Assembly: GCF_009914755.1 (NCBI RefSeq)
Contig: NC_060932.1
From: the human T2T-CHM13v2.0 reference genome, Homo sapiens
Reading direction: 5' to 3' (one strand)
Length of the DNA stretch: 64,000 nucleotides
In this document: positions 1 to 12,434 of the stretch, in pieces
Layout of the letters: every line of letters starts with the position of its first letter
Numbering within the stretch: the first letter of the stretch is position 1
Translations under genes and position numbers: made by a program
Notes under the pieces: generated by a model
The model's database searches: none
Told to the model about the DNA's origin: nothing
Seen by the model: the letters and a program-made list of their open reading frames with translations, nothing else

Positions 1-172
1 CCTATGCTGAAAAAGGAAATATCTACCTATAGAAACTAGACAGAAGCATTCTGAGAATCACGTTTGTGATGTGGGTACTCAACTAACAGTGTTGATCCAT
101 TCTTTTGATACAGCAGTTTTGAACCACACTTTTTGTAGAATCTGCAAGTGGATATTTGGATAGCTGTGAAGA

Positions 173-189
173 TTTCGTTGGAAACGGGA
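173..189 (+). promoter_or_regulatory. CENP-B box (representative; recurs in each 7-mer and 11-mer)
   Basis: TTTCGTTGGAAACGGGA matches the core NTTCGNNNNANNCGGGN. Confidence 0.95.
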
Positions 190-343
190 ATGTCTTCATA
201 GAAAATTTAGACAGAAGCATTCTCAGAACCTTGATTGTGATGTGTGTTCTCCACTAACAGAGTTGAACCTTTCTTTTGACAGAACTGTTCTGAAACATTC
301 TTTTTATAGAATCTGGAAGTGGATATTTGGAAAGCTTTGAGGA

Positions 344-360
344 TTTCGTTGGAAACGGGA
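344..360 (+). promoter_or_regulatory. CENP-B box (representative; 171 bp from the previous box)
   Basis: TTTCGTTGGAAACGGGA. Confidence 0.95.
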
Positions 361-685
361 ATATCTTCAAATCAAATCTAGCCAGAAGCATTCTAAGAAA
401 CAACTTAGGGATGTTTACATTCAAGTCACAGAGTTGAACATTCCCTTTCACAGAGCAGGTTTGAAACAATCTTCTCGTACTATCTGGAAGTGGACATTTT
501 GAGCTCCTTGGGGCCTATGCTGAAAAAGGAAATATCTTCCGACAAAAACTAGACAGAAGCATTCGCAGAATCACGTTTGTGATGTGTGCACTCAACTGTC
601 AGAATTGAACCTTGGTTTGGACAGAGCACTTTTGAAACACTCTTTTTGTAGAATCTGCAGGTGGATATTTGGCTAGCTTTGAGGA

Positions 686-702
686 TTTCGTTGGAAACGG
701 TA
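686..702 (+). promoter_or_regulatory. Degenerate CENP-B box (CGGG>CGGT), fixed in all units
   Basis: TTTCGTTGGAAACGGTA lacks one of the nine core bases. Confidence 0.85.
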
Positions 703-856
703 ATGTCTTCAAAGAAAATCTAGACAGAAGCATTCTCAGAAACACCTTCGTGATGTTTGCAATCAAGTCACAGAGTTGAACCTTCCGTTTCATAGAGCAG
801 GTTGGAAACACTCTTTTTGTAGTATCTGGAAGTGGACATTTGGAGCGCTTTCAGGC

Positions 857-873
857 CTATGGTGAAAAAGGAA
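857..873 (+). promoter_or_regulatory. pJalpha-type (A-box) motif, 11-mer-specific (second copy at 1194-1210)
   Basis: CTATGGTGAAAAAGGAA at the monomer position occupied by the CENP-B box in B monomers; consensus recalled as CTAyGGTGrAAAAGGAA. Confidence 0.7.
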
Positions 874-1026
874 ATATCTTCCCATAAAAACGACATAGAA
901 GCTATCTCAGGAACTTGTTTATGATGCATCTAATCAACTAACAGTGTTGAACCTTTGTACTGACAGAGCAGTTTGAAACACTCTTTTTTTGGAATCTGCA
1001 AGTGGATATTTGGATCGCTTTGAGGA

Positions 1027-1043
1027 TTTCGTTGGAAACGGGA
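1027..1043 (+). promoter_or_regulatory. CENP-B box, 11-mer-specific segment
   Basis: TTTCGTTGGAAACGGGA. Confidence 0.93.
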
Positions 1044-1364
1044 TGCAATATAAAACGTACACAGCAGCATACTCAGAAAATACTTTGCCATATTTCCATT
1101 CAAGTCACAGAGTGGAACATTCCCATTCATAGAGCAGGTTTGAAACACTCTTTTTGGAGTATCTGGAAGTGGACATTTGGAGCGCTTTCTGAACTATGGT
1201 GAAAAAGGAAATATCTTCCAATGAAAACAAGACAGAAGCATTCTGAGAAACTTATTTGTGATGTGTGTCCTCAACAAACGGACTTGAACCTTTCGTTTCA
1301 TGCAGTACTTCTGGAACACTCTTTTTGAAGATTCTGCATGCGGATATTTGGATAGCTTTGAGGA

Positions 1365-1381
1365 TTTTGTTGGAAACGGGC
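1365..1381 (+). promoter_or_regulatory. CENP-B box position, 11-mer-specific; mutated (TTCG>TTTG) in this copy
   Basis: TTTTGTTGGAAACGGGC here and in U13; the other eight 11-mers have intact TTTCGTTGGAAACGGGC. Confidence 0.85.
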
Positions 1382-1702
1382 TTACATGTAAAAATTAGAC
1401 AGCAGCATTCTCAGAAACTTCTTTGTGGTGTCTGCATTCAAGTCACAGAATTGAACATCCCCTCACATAGAGCAGTTGTGCAGCACTCTATTTGTAGTAT
1501 CTGGAAGTGGACATTTGGAGGGCTTTGTAGCCTATCTGGAAAAAGGAAATATCTTCCCATGAATGCGAGATAGAAGTAATCTCAGAAAGATGTTTATGCT
1601 GTATCTACTCAACTAACTGTGCTGAACATTTCTATTGATAGAGCAGTTTTGAGACACTCTTCTTTTGGAATCTGCAAGTGGATATTTGGATAGATTTGAG
1701 GA

Positions 1703-1719
1703 TTTCGTTGGAAACGGGA
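1703..1719 (+). promoter_or_regulatory. CENP-B box (representative; last box of each unit)
   Basis: TTTCGTTGGAAACGGGA. Confidence 0.95.
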
Positions 1720-1868
1720 TTATATATAAAAAGTAGACAGCAGCATTCTCAGAAACTTCTTTGTGATGTTTGCATCCAGCTCTCAGAGTTGAACATTCCC
1801 TTTCATAGAGTAGGTTTGAAACCCTCTTTTTATAGTGTCTGGAAGCGGGCATTTGGAGCGCTTTCAGG

Positions 1869-4800
1869 CCTATGCTGAAAAAGGAAATATCTACCTATAG
1901 AAACTAGACAGAAGCATTCTGAGAATCACGTTTGTGATGTGGGTACTCAACTAACAGTGTTGATCCATTCTTTTGATACAGCAGTTTTGAACCACACTTT
2001 TTGTAGAATCTGGAAGTGGATATTTGGAAAGCTTTGAGGATTTCGTTGGAAACGGGAATGTCTTCATAGAAAATTTAGACGGAAGCATTCTCAGAACCTT
2101 GATTGTGATGTGTGTTCTCCACTAACAGAGTTGAACCTTTCTTTTGACAGAACTGTTCTGAAACATTCTTTTTATAGAATCTGGAAGTGGATATTTGGAA
2201 AGCTTTGAGGATTTCGTTGGAAACGGGAATATCTTCAAATCAAATCTAGCCAGAAGCATTCTAAGAAACATCTTAGGGATGTTTACATTCAAGTCACAGA
2301 GTTGAACATTCCCTTTCACAGAGCAGGTTTGAAACAATCTTCTCGTACTATCTGGCAGTGGACATTTTGAGCTCCTTGGGGCCTATGCTGAAAAAGGAAA
2401 TATCTTCCGACAAAAACTAGACAGAAGCATTCGCAGAATCACGTTTGTGATGTGTGCACTCAACTGTCAGAATTGAACCTTGGTTTGGACAGAGCACTTT
2501 TGAAACACTCTTTTTGTAGAATCTGCAGGTGGATATTTGGCTAGCTTTGAGGATTTCGTTGGAAACGGTAATGTCTTCAAAGAAAATCTAGACAGAAGCA
2601 TTCTCAGAAACACCTTCGTGATGTTTGCAATCAAGTCACAGAGTTGAACCTTCCGTTTCATAGAGCAGGTTGGAAACACTCTTTTTGTAGTATCTGGAAG
2701 TGGACATTTGGAGGGCTTTGTAGCCTATCTGGAAAAAGGAAATATCTTCCCATGAATGCGAGATAGAAGTAATCTCAGAAACATGTTTATGCTGTATCTA
2801 CTCAACTAACTGTGCTGAACATTTCTATTGATAGAGCAGTTTTGAGACACTCTTCTTTTGGAATCTGCAAGTGGATATTTGGATAGATTTGAGGATTTCG
2901 TTGGAAACGGGATTATATATAAAAAGTAGACAGCAGCATTCTCAGAAACTTCTTTGTGATGTTTGCATCCAGCTCTCAGAGTTGAACATTCCCTTTCATA
3001 GAGTAGGTTTGAAACCCTCTTTTTATAGTGTCTGGAAGCGGGCATTTGGAGCGCTTTCAGGCCTATGCTGAAAAAGGAAATATCTACCTATAGAAACTAG
3101 ACAGAAGCATTCTGAGAATCACGTTTGTGATGTGGGTACTCAACTAACAGTGTTGATCCATTCTTTTGATACAGCAGTTTTGAACCACACTTTTTGTAGA
3201 ATCTGCAAGTGGATATTTGGATAGCTGTGAAGATTTCGTTGGAAACGGGAATGTCTTCATAGAAAATTTAGACAGAAGCATTCTCAGAACCTTGATTGTG
3301 ATGTGTGTTCTCCACTAACAGAGTTGAACCTTTCTTTTGACAGAACTGTTCTGAAACATTCTTTTTATAGAATCTGGAAGTGGATATTTGGAAAGCTTTG
3401 AGGATTTCGTTGGAAACGGGAATATCTTCAAATCAAATCTAGCCAGAAGCATTCTAAGAAACAACTTAGGGATGTTTACATTCAAGTCACAGAGTTGAAC
3501 ATTCCCTTTCACAGAGCAGGTTTGAAACAATCTTCTCGTACTATCTGGAAGTGGACATTTTGAGCTCCTTGGGGCCTATGCTGAAAAAGGAAATATCTTC
3601 CGACAAAAACTAGACAGAAGCATTCGCAGAATCACGTTTGTGATGTGTGCACTCAACTCTCAGAATTGAACCTTGGTTTGGACAGAGCACTTTTGAAACA
3701 CTCTTTTTGTAGAATCTGCAGGTGGATATTTGGCTAGCTTTGAGGATTTCGTTGGAAACGGTAATGTCTTCAAAGAAAATCTAGACAGAAGCATTCTCAG
3801 AAACACCTTCGTGATGTTTGCAATCAAGTCACAGAGTTGAACCTTCCGTTTCATAGAGCAGGTTGGAAACACTCTTTTTGTAGTATCTGGAAGTGGACAT
3901 TTGGAGGGCTTTGTAGCCTATCTGGAAAAAGGAAATATGTTCCCATGAATGCGAGATAGAAGTAATCTCAGAAACATGTTTATGCTGTATCTACTCAACT
4001 AACTGTGCTGAACATTTCTATTGATAGAGCAGTTTTGAGACACTCTTCTTTTGGAATCTGCAAGTGGATATTTGGATAGATTTGAGGATTTCGTTGGAAA
4101 CGGGATTATATGTAAAAAGTAGACAGCAGCATTCTCAGAAACTTCTTTGTGATGTTTGCATCCAGCTCTCAGAGTTGAACATTCCCTTTCATAGAGTAGG
4201 TTTGAAACCCTCTTTTTATAGTGTCTGGAAGCGGGCATTTGGAGCGCTTTCAGGCCTATGCTGAAAAAGGAAATATCTACCTATAGAAACTAGACAGAAG
4301 CATTCTGAGAATCACGTTTGTGATGTGGGTACTCAACTAACAGTGTTGATCCATTCTTTTGATACAGAAGTTTTGAACCACACTTTTTGTAGAATCTGCA
4401 AGTGGATATTTGGATAGCTGTGAGGATTTCGTTGGAAACGGGAATGTCTTCATAGAAAATTTAGACGGAAGCATTCTCAGAACCTTGATTGTGATGTGTG
4501 TTCTCCACTAACAGAGTTGAACCTTTCTTTTGACAGAACTGTTCTGAAACATTCTTTTTATAGAATCTGGAAGTGGATATTTGGAAAGCTTTGAGGATTT
4601 CGTTGGAAACGGGAATATCTTCAAATCAAATCTAGCCAGAAGCATTCTAAGAAACATCTTAGGGATGTTTACATTCAAGTCACAGAGTTGAACATTCCCT
4701 TTCACAGAGCAGGTTTGAAACAATCTTCTCGTACTATCTGGCAGTGGACATTTTGAGCTCCTTGGGGCCTATGCTGAAAAAGGAAATATCTTCCGACAAA

Positions 4801-7800
4801 AACTAGACAGAAGCATTCGCAGAATCACGTTTGTGATGTGTGCACTCAACTGTCAGAATTGAACCTTGGTTTGGACAGAGCACTTTTGAAACACTCTTTT
4901 TGTAGAATCTGCAGGTGGATATTTGGCTAGCTTTGAGGATTTCGTTGGAAACGGTAATGTCTTCAAAGAAAATCTAGACAGAAGCATTCTCAGAAACACC
5001 TTCGTGATGTTTGCAATCAAGTCACAGAGTTGAACCTTCCGTTTCATAGAGCAGGTTGGAAACACTCTTTTTGTAGTATCTGGAAGTGGACATTTGGAGG
5101 GCTTTGTAGCCTATCTGGAAAAAGGAAATATCTTCCCATGAATGCGAGATAGAAGTAATCTCAGAAAGATGTTTATGCTGTATCTACTCAACTAACTGTG
5201 CTGAACATTTCTATTGATAGAGCAGTTTTGAGACACTCTTCTTTTGGAATCTGCAAGTGGATATTTGGATAGATTTGAGGATTTCGTTGGAAACGGGATT
5301 ATATATAAAAAGTAGACAGCAGCATTCTCAGAAACTTCTTTGTGATGTTTGCATCCAGCTCTCAGAGTTGAACATTCCCTTTCATAGAGTAGGTTTGAAA
5401 CCCTCTTTTTATAGTGTCTGGAAGCGGGCATTTGGAGCGCTTTCAGGCCTATGCTGATAAAGGAAATATCTACCTATAGAAACTAGACAGAAGCATTCTG
5501 AGAATCACGTTTGTGATGTGGGTACTCAACTAACAGTGTTGATCCATTCTTTTGATACAGCAGTTTTGAACCACACTTTTTGTAGAATCTGCAAGTGGAT
5601 ATTTGGATAGCTGTGAGGATTTCGTTGGAAACGGGAATGTCTTCATAGAAAATTTAGACGGAAGCATTCTCAGTACCTTGATTGTGATGTGTGTTCTCCA
5701 CTAACAGAGTTGAACCTTTCTTTTGACAGAACTGTTCTGAAACATTCTTTTTATAGAATCTGGAAGTGGATATTTGGAAAGCTTTGAGGATTTCGTTGGA
5801 AACGGGAATATCTTCAAATCAAATCTAGCCAGAAGCATTCTAAGAAACATCTTAGGGATGTTTACATTCAAGTCACAGAGTTGAACATTCCCTTTCACAG
5901 AGCAGGTTTGAAACAATCTTCTCGTACTATCTGGCAGTGGACATTTTGAGCTCCTTGGGGCCTATGCTGAAAAAGGAAATATCTTCCGACAAAAACTAGA
6001 CAGAAGCATTCGCAGAATCACGTTTGTGATGTGTGCACTCAACTGTCAGAATTGAACCTTGGTTTGGACAGAGCACTTTTGAAACACTCTTTTTGTAGAA
6101 TCTGCAGGTGGATATTTGGCTAGCTTTGAGGATTTCGTTGGAAACGGTAATGTCTTCAAAGAAAATCTAGACAGAAGCATTCTCAGAAACACCTTCGTGA
6201 TGTTTGCAATCAAGTCACAGAGTTGAACCTTCCGTTTCATAGAGCAGGTTGGAAACACTCTTTTTGTAGTATCTGGAAGTGGACATTTGGAGGGCTTTGT
6301 AGCCTATCTGGAAAAAGGAAATATCTTCCCATGAATGCGAGATAGAAGTAATCTCAGAAACATGTTTATGCTGTATCTACTCAACTAACTGTGCTGAACA
6401 TTTCTATTGATAGAGCAGTTTTGAGACACTCTTCTTTTGGAATCTGCAAGTGGATATTTGGATAGATTTGAGGATTTCGTTGGAAACGGGATTATATATA
6501 AAAAGTAGACAGCAGCATTCTCAGAAACTTCTTTGTGATGTTTGCATCCAGCTCTCAGAGTTGAACATTCCCTTTCATAGAGTAGGTTTGAAACCCTCTT
6601 TTTATAGTGTCTGGAAGCGGGCATTTGGAGCGCTTTCAGGCCTATGCTGAAAAAGGAAATATCTACCTATAGAAACTAGACAGAAGCATTCTGAGAATCA
6701 CGTTTGTGATGTGGGTACTCAACTAACAGTGTTGATCCATTCTTTTGATACAGCAGTTTTGAACCACACTTTTTGTAGAATCTGCAAGTGGATATTTGGA
6801 TAGCTGTGAGGATTTCGTTGGAAACGGGAATGTCTTCATAGAAAATTTAGACAGAAGCATTCTCAGAACCTTGATTGTGATGTGTGTTCTCCACTAACAG
6901 AGTTGAACCTTTCTTTTGACAGAACTGTTCTGAAACATTCTTTTTATAGAATCTGGAAGTGGATATTTGGAAAGCTTTGAGGATTTCGTTGGAAACGGGA
7001 ATATCTTCAAATAAAATCTAGCCAGAAGCATTCTAAGAAACATCTTAGGGATGTTTACATTCAAGTCACAGAGTTGAACATTCCCTTTCACAGAGCAGGT
7101 TTGAAACAATCTTCTCGTACTATCTGGCAGTGGACATTTTGAGCTCCTTGGGGCCTATGCTGAAAAAGGAAATATCTTCCGACAAAAACTAGACAGAAGC
7201 ATTCGCAGAATCACGTTTGTGATGTGTGCACTCAACTGTCAGAATTGAACCTTGGTTTGGACAGAGCACTTTTGAAACACTCTTTTTGTAGAATCTGCAG
7301 GTGGATATTTGGCTAGCTTTGAGGATTTCGTTGGAAACGGTAATGTCTTCAAAGAAAATCTAGACAGAAGCATTCTCAGAAACACCTTCGTGATGTTTGC
7401 AATCAAGTCACAGAGTTGAACCTTCCGTTTCATAGAGCAGGTTGGAAACACTCTTTTTGTAGTATCTGGAAGTGGACATTTGGAGGGCTTTGTAGCCTAT
7501 CTGGAAAAAGGAAATATCTTCCCATGAATGCGAGATAGAAGTAATCTCAGAAACATGTTTATGCTGTATCTACTCAACTAACTGTGCTGAACATTTCTAT
7601 TGATAGAGCAGTTTTGAGACACTCTTCTTTTGGAATCTGCAAGTGGATATTTGGATAGATTTGAGGATTTCGTTGGAAACGGGATTATATATCAAAAGTA
7701 GACAGCAGCATTCTCAGAAACTTCTTTGTGATGTTTGCATCCAGCTCTCAGAGTTGAACATTCCCTTTCATAGAGTAGGTTTGAAACCCTCTTTTTATAG

Positions 7801-10800
7801 TGTCTGGAAGCGGGCATTTGGAGCGCTTTCAGGCCTATGCTGAAAAAGGAAATATCTACCTATAGAAACTAGACAGAAGCATTCTGAGAATCACGTTTGT
7901 GATGTGGGTACTCAACTAACAGTGTTGATCCATTCTTTTGATACAGCAGTTTTGAACCACACTTTTTGTAGAATCTGCAAGTGGATATTTGGATAGCTGT
8001 GAGGATTTCGTTGGAAACGGGAATGTCTTCATAGAAAATTTAGACGGAAGCATTCTCAGAACCTTGATTGTGATGTGTGTTCTCCACTAACAGAGTTGAA
8101 CCTTTCTTTTGACAGAACTGTTCTGAAACATTCTTTTTATAGAATCTGGAAGTGGATATTTGGAAAGCTTTGAGGATTTCGTTGGAAACGGGAATATCTT
8201 CAAATCAAATCTAGCCAGAAGCATTCTAAGAAACATCTTAGGGATGTTTACATTCAAGTCACAGAGTTGAACATTCCCTTTCACAGAGCAGGTTTGAAAC
8301 AATCTTCTCGTACTATCTGGCAGTGGACATTTTGAGCTCCTTGGGGCCTATGCTGAAAAAGGAAATATCTTCCGACAAAAACTAGACAGAAGCATTCGCA
8401 GAATCACGTTTGTGATGTGTGCACTCAACTGTCAGAATTGAACCTTGGTTTGGACAGAGCACTTTTGAAACACTCTTTTTGTAGAATCTGCAGGTGGATA
8501 TTTGGCTAGCTTTGAGGATTTCGTTGGAAACGGTAATGTCTTCAAAGAAAATCTAGACAGAAGCATTCTCAGAAACACCTTCGTGATGTTTGCAATCAAG
8601 TCACAGAGTTGAACCTTCCGTTTCATAGAGCAGGTTGGAAACACTCTTTTTGTAGTATCTGGAAGTGGACATTTGGAGGGCTTTGTAGCCTATCTGGAAA
8701 AAGGAAATATCTTCCCATGAATGCGAGATAGAAGTAATCTCAGAAAGATGTTTATGCTGTATCTACTCAACTAACTGTGCTGAACATTTCTATTGATAGA
8801 GCAGTTTTGAGACACTCTTCTTTTGGAATCTGCAAGTGGATATTTGGATAGATTTGAGGATTTCGTTGGAAACGGGATTATATATAAAAAGTAGACAGCA
8901 GCATTCTCAGAAACTTCTTTGTGATGTTTGCATCCAGCTCTCAGAGTTGAACATTCCCTTTCATAGAGTAGGTTTGAAACCCTCTTTTTATAGTGTCTGG
9001 AAGCGGGCATTTGGAGCGCTTTCAGGCCTATGCTGAAAAAGGAAATATCTACCTATAGAAACTAGACAGAAGCATTCTGAGAATCACGTTTGTGATGTGG
9101 GTACTCAACTAACAGTGTTGATCCATTCTTTTGATACAGCAGTTTTGAACCACACTTTTTGTAGAATCTGCAAGTGGATATTTGGATAGCTGTGAGGATT
9201 TCGTTGGAAACGGGAATGTCTTCATAGAAAATTTAGACAGAAGCATTCTCAGAACCTTGATTGTGATGTGTGTTCTCCACTAACAGAGTTGAACCTTTCT
9301 TTTGACAGAACTGTTCTGAAACATTCTTTTTATAGAATCTGGAAGTGGATATTTGGAAAGCTTTGAGGATTTCGTTGGAAACGGGAATATCTTCAAATCA
9401 AATCTAGCCAGAAGCATTCTAAGAAACATCTTAGGGATGTTTACATTCAAGTCACAGAGTTGAACATTCCCTTTCACAGAGCAGGTTTGAAACAATCTTC
9501 TCGTACTATCTGGCAGTGGACATTTTGAGCTCCTTGGGGCCTATGCTGAAAAAGGAAATATCTTCCGACAAAAACTAGACAGAAGCATTCGCAGAATCAC
9601 GTTTGTGATGTGTGCACTCAACTGTCAGAATTGAACCTTGGTTTGGACAGAGCACTTTTGAAACACTCTTTTTGTAGAATCTGCAGGTGGATATTTGGCT
9701 AGCTTTGAGGATTTCGTTGGAAACGGTAATGTCTTCAAAGAAAATCTAGACAGAAGCATTCTCAGAAACACCTTCGTGATGTTTGCAATCAAGTCACAGA
9801 GTTGAACCTTCCGTTTCATAGAGCAGGTTGGAAACACTCTTTTTGTAGTATCTGGAAGTGGACATTTGGAGGGCTTTGTAGCCTATCTGGAAAAAGGAAA
9901 TATCTTCCCATGAATGCGAGATAGAAGTAATCTCAGAAACATGTTTATGCTGTATCTACTCAACTAACTGTGCTGAACATTTCTATTGATAGAGCAGTTT
10001 TGAGACACTCTTCTTTTGGAATCTGCAAGTGGATATTTGGATAGATTTGAGGATTTCGTTGGAAACGGGATTATATATCAAAAGTAGACAGCAGCATTCT
10101 CAGAAACTTCTTTGTGATGTTTGCATCCAGCTCTCAGAGTTGAACATTCCCTTTCATAGAGTAGGTTTGAAACCCTCTTTTTATAGTGTCTGGAAGCGGG
10201 CATTTGGAGCGCTTTCAGGCCTATGCTGAAAAAGGAAATATCTACCTATAGAAACTAGACAGAAGCATTCTGAGAATCACGTTTGTGATGTGGGTACTCA
10301 ACTAACAGTGTTGATCCATTCTTTTGATACAGAAGTTTTGAACCACACTTTTTGTAGAATCTGCAAGTGGATATTTGGATAGCTGTGAGGATTTCGTTGG
10401 AAACGGGAATGTCTTCATAGAAAATTTAGACAGAAGCATTCTCAGAACCTTGATTGTGATGTGTGTTCTCCACTAACAGAGTTGAACCTTTCTTTTGACA
10501 GAACTGTTCTGAAACATTCTTTTTATAGAATCTGGAAGTGGATATTTGGAAAGCTTTGAGGATTTCGTTGGAAACGGGAATATCTTCAAATCAAATCTAG
10601 CCAGAAGCATTCTAAGAAACATCTTAGGGATGTTTACATTCAAGTCACAGAGTTGAACATTCCCTTTCACAGAGCAGGTTTGAAACAATCTTCTCGTACT
10701 ATCTGGCAGTGGACATTTTGAGCTCCTTGGGGCCTATGCTGAAAAAGGAAATATCTTCCGACAAAAACTAGACAGAAGCATTCGCAGAATCACGTTTGTG

Positions 10801-11412
10801 ATGTGTGCACTCAACTGTCAGAATTGAACCTTGGTTTGGACAGAGCACTTTTGAAACACTCTTTTTGTAGAATCTGCAGGTGGATATTTGGCTAGCTTTG
10901 AGGATTTCGTTGGAAACGGTAATGTCTTCAAAGAAAATCTAGACAGAAGCATTCTCAGAAACACCTTCGTGATGTTTGCAATCAAGTCACAGAGTTGAAC
11001 CTTCCGTTTCATAGAGCAGGTTGGAAACACTCTTTTTGTAGTATCTGGAAGTGGACATTTGGAGGGCTTTGTAGCCTATCTGGAAAAAGGAAATATCTTC
11101 CCATGAATGCGAGATAGAAGTAATCTCAGAAAGATGTTTATGCTGTATCTACTCAACTAACTGTGCTGAACATTTCTATTGATAGAGCAGTTTTGAGACA
11201 CTCTTCTTTTGGAATCTGCAAGTGGATATTTGGATAGATTTGAGGATTTCGTTGGAAACGGGATTATATATAAAAAGTAGACAGCAGCATTCTCAGAAAC
11301 TTCTTTGTGATGTTTGCATCCAGCTCTCAGAGTTGAACATTCCCTTTCATAGAGTAGGTTTGAAACCCTCTTTTTATAGTGTCTGGAAGCGGGCATTTGG
11401 AGCGCTTTCAGG
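1869..11412 (+). repeat. Run of eight 7-mer HORs (1193 bp each), U2-U9
   Basis: Marker ORF ends at 2337, 3530 ... 10688, spaced exactly 1193 bp. Confidence 0.95.
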
Positions 11413-12434
11413 CCTATGCTGAAAAAGGAAATATCTACCTATAGAAACTAGACAGAAGCATTCTGAGAATCACGTTTGTGATGTGGGTACTCAACTAACA
11501 GTGTTGATCCATTCTTTTGATACAGCAGTTTTGAACCACACTTTTTGTAGAATCTGGAAGTGGATATTTGGAAAGCTTTGAGGATTTCGTTGGAAACGGG
11601 AATATCTTCAAATAAAATCTAGCCAGAAGCATTCTAAGAAACATCTTAGGGATGTTTACATTCAAGTCACAGAGTTGAACATTCCCTTTCACAGAGCAGG
11701 TTTGAAACAATCTTCTCGTACTATCTGGCAGTGGACATTTTGAGCTCCTTGGGGCCTATGCTGAAAAAGGAAATATCTTCCGACAAAAACTAGACAGAAG
11801 CATTCGCAGAATCACGTTTGTGATGTGTGCACTCAACTGTCAGAATTGAACCTTGGTTTGGACAGAGCACTTTTGAAACACTCTTTTTGTAGAATCTGCA
11901 GGTGGATATTTGGCTAGCTTTGAGGATTTCGTTGGAAACGGTAATGTCTTCAAAGAAAATCTAGACAGAAGCATTCTCAGAAACACCTTCGTGATGTTTG
12001 CAATCAAGTCACAGAGTTGAACCTTCCGTTTCATAGAGCAGGTTGGAAACACTCTTTTTGTAGTATCTGGAAGTGGACATTTGGAGGGCTTTGTAGCCTA
12101 TCTGGAAAAAGGAAATATCTTCCCATGAATGCGAGATAGAAGTAATCTCAGAAACATGTTTATGCTGTATCTACTCAACTAACTGTGCTGAACATTTCTA
12201 TTGATAGAGCAGTTTTGAGACACTCTTCTTTTGGAATCTGCAAGTGGATATTTGGATAGATTTGAGGATTTCGTTGGAAACGGGATTATATATAAAAAGT
12301 AGACAGCAGCATTCTCAGAAACTTCTTTGTGATGTTTGCATCCAGCTCTCAGAGTTGAACATTCCCTTTCATAGAGTAGGTTTGAAACCCTCTTTTTATA
12401 GTGTCTGGAAGCGGGCATTTGGAGCGCTTTCAGG
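11413..12434 (+). repeat. 6-mer HOR variant (1022 bp), U10
   Basis: 171 bp shorter than the 7-mer; hybrid monomer ...GAACCACACTTTTTGTAGAATCTG|GAAGTGGATATTTGGAAAGC... with the junction at about 11541-11556. Confidence 0.93.

Larger units (their letters stand above)
1..1868 (+). repeat. 11-mer HOR unit (1868 bp), U1
   Basis: Contains the 675-bp four-monomer segment 846-1520 absent from 7-mers; next unit starts at 1869. Confidence 0.95.

Noticed and set aside
1721-1732. TATA-box-like TATATAAAAAG in most units
   Set aside because: An AT-rich monomer variant. No promoter evidence from sequence alone, and it is disrupted in many copies.
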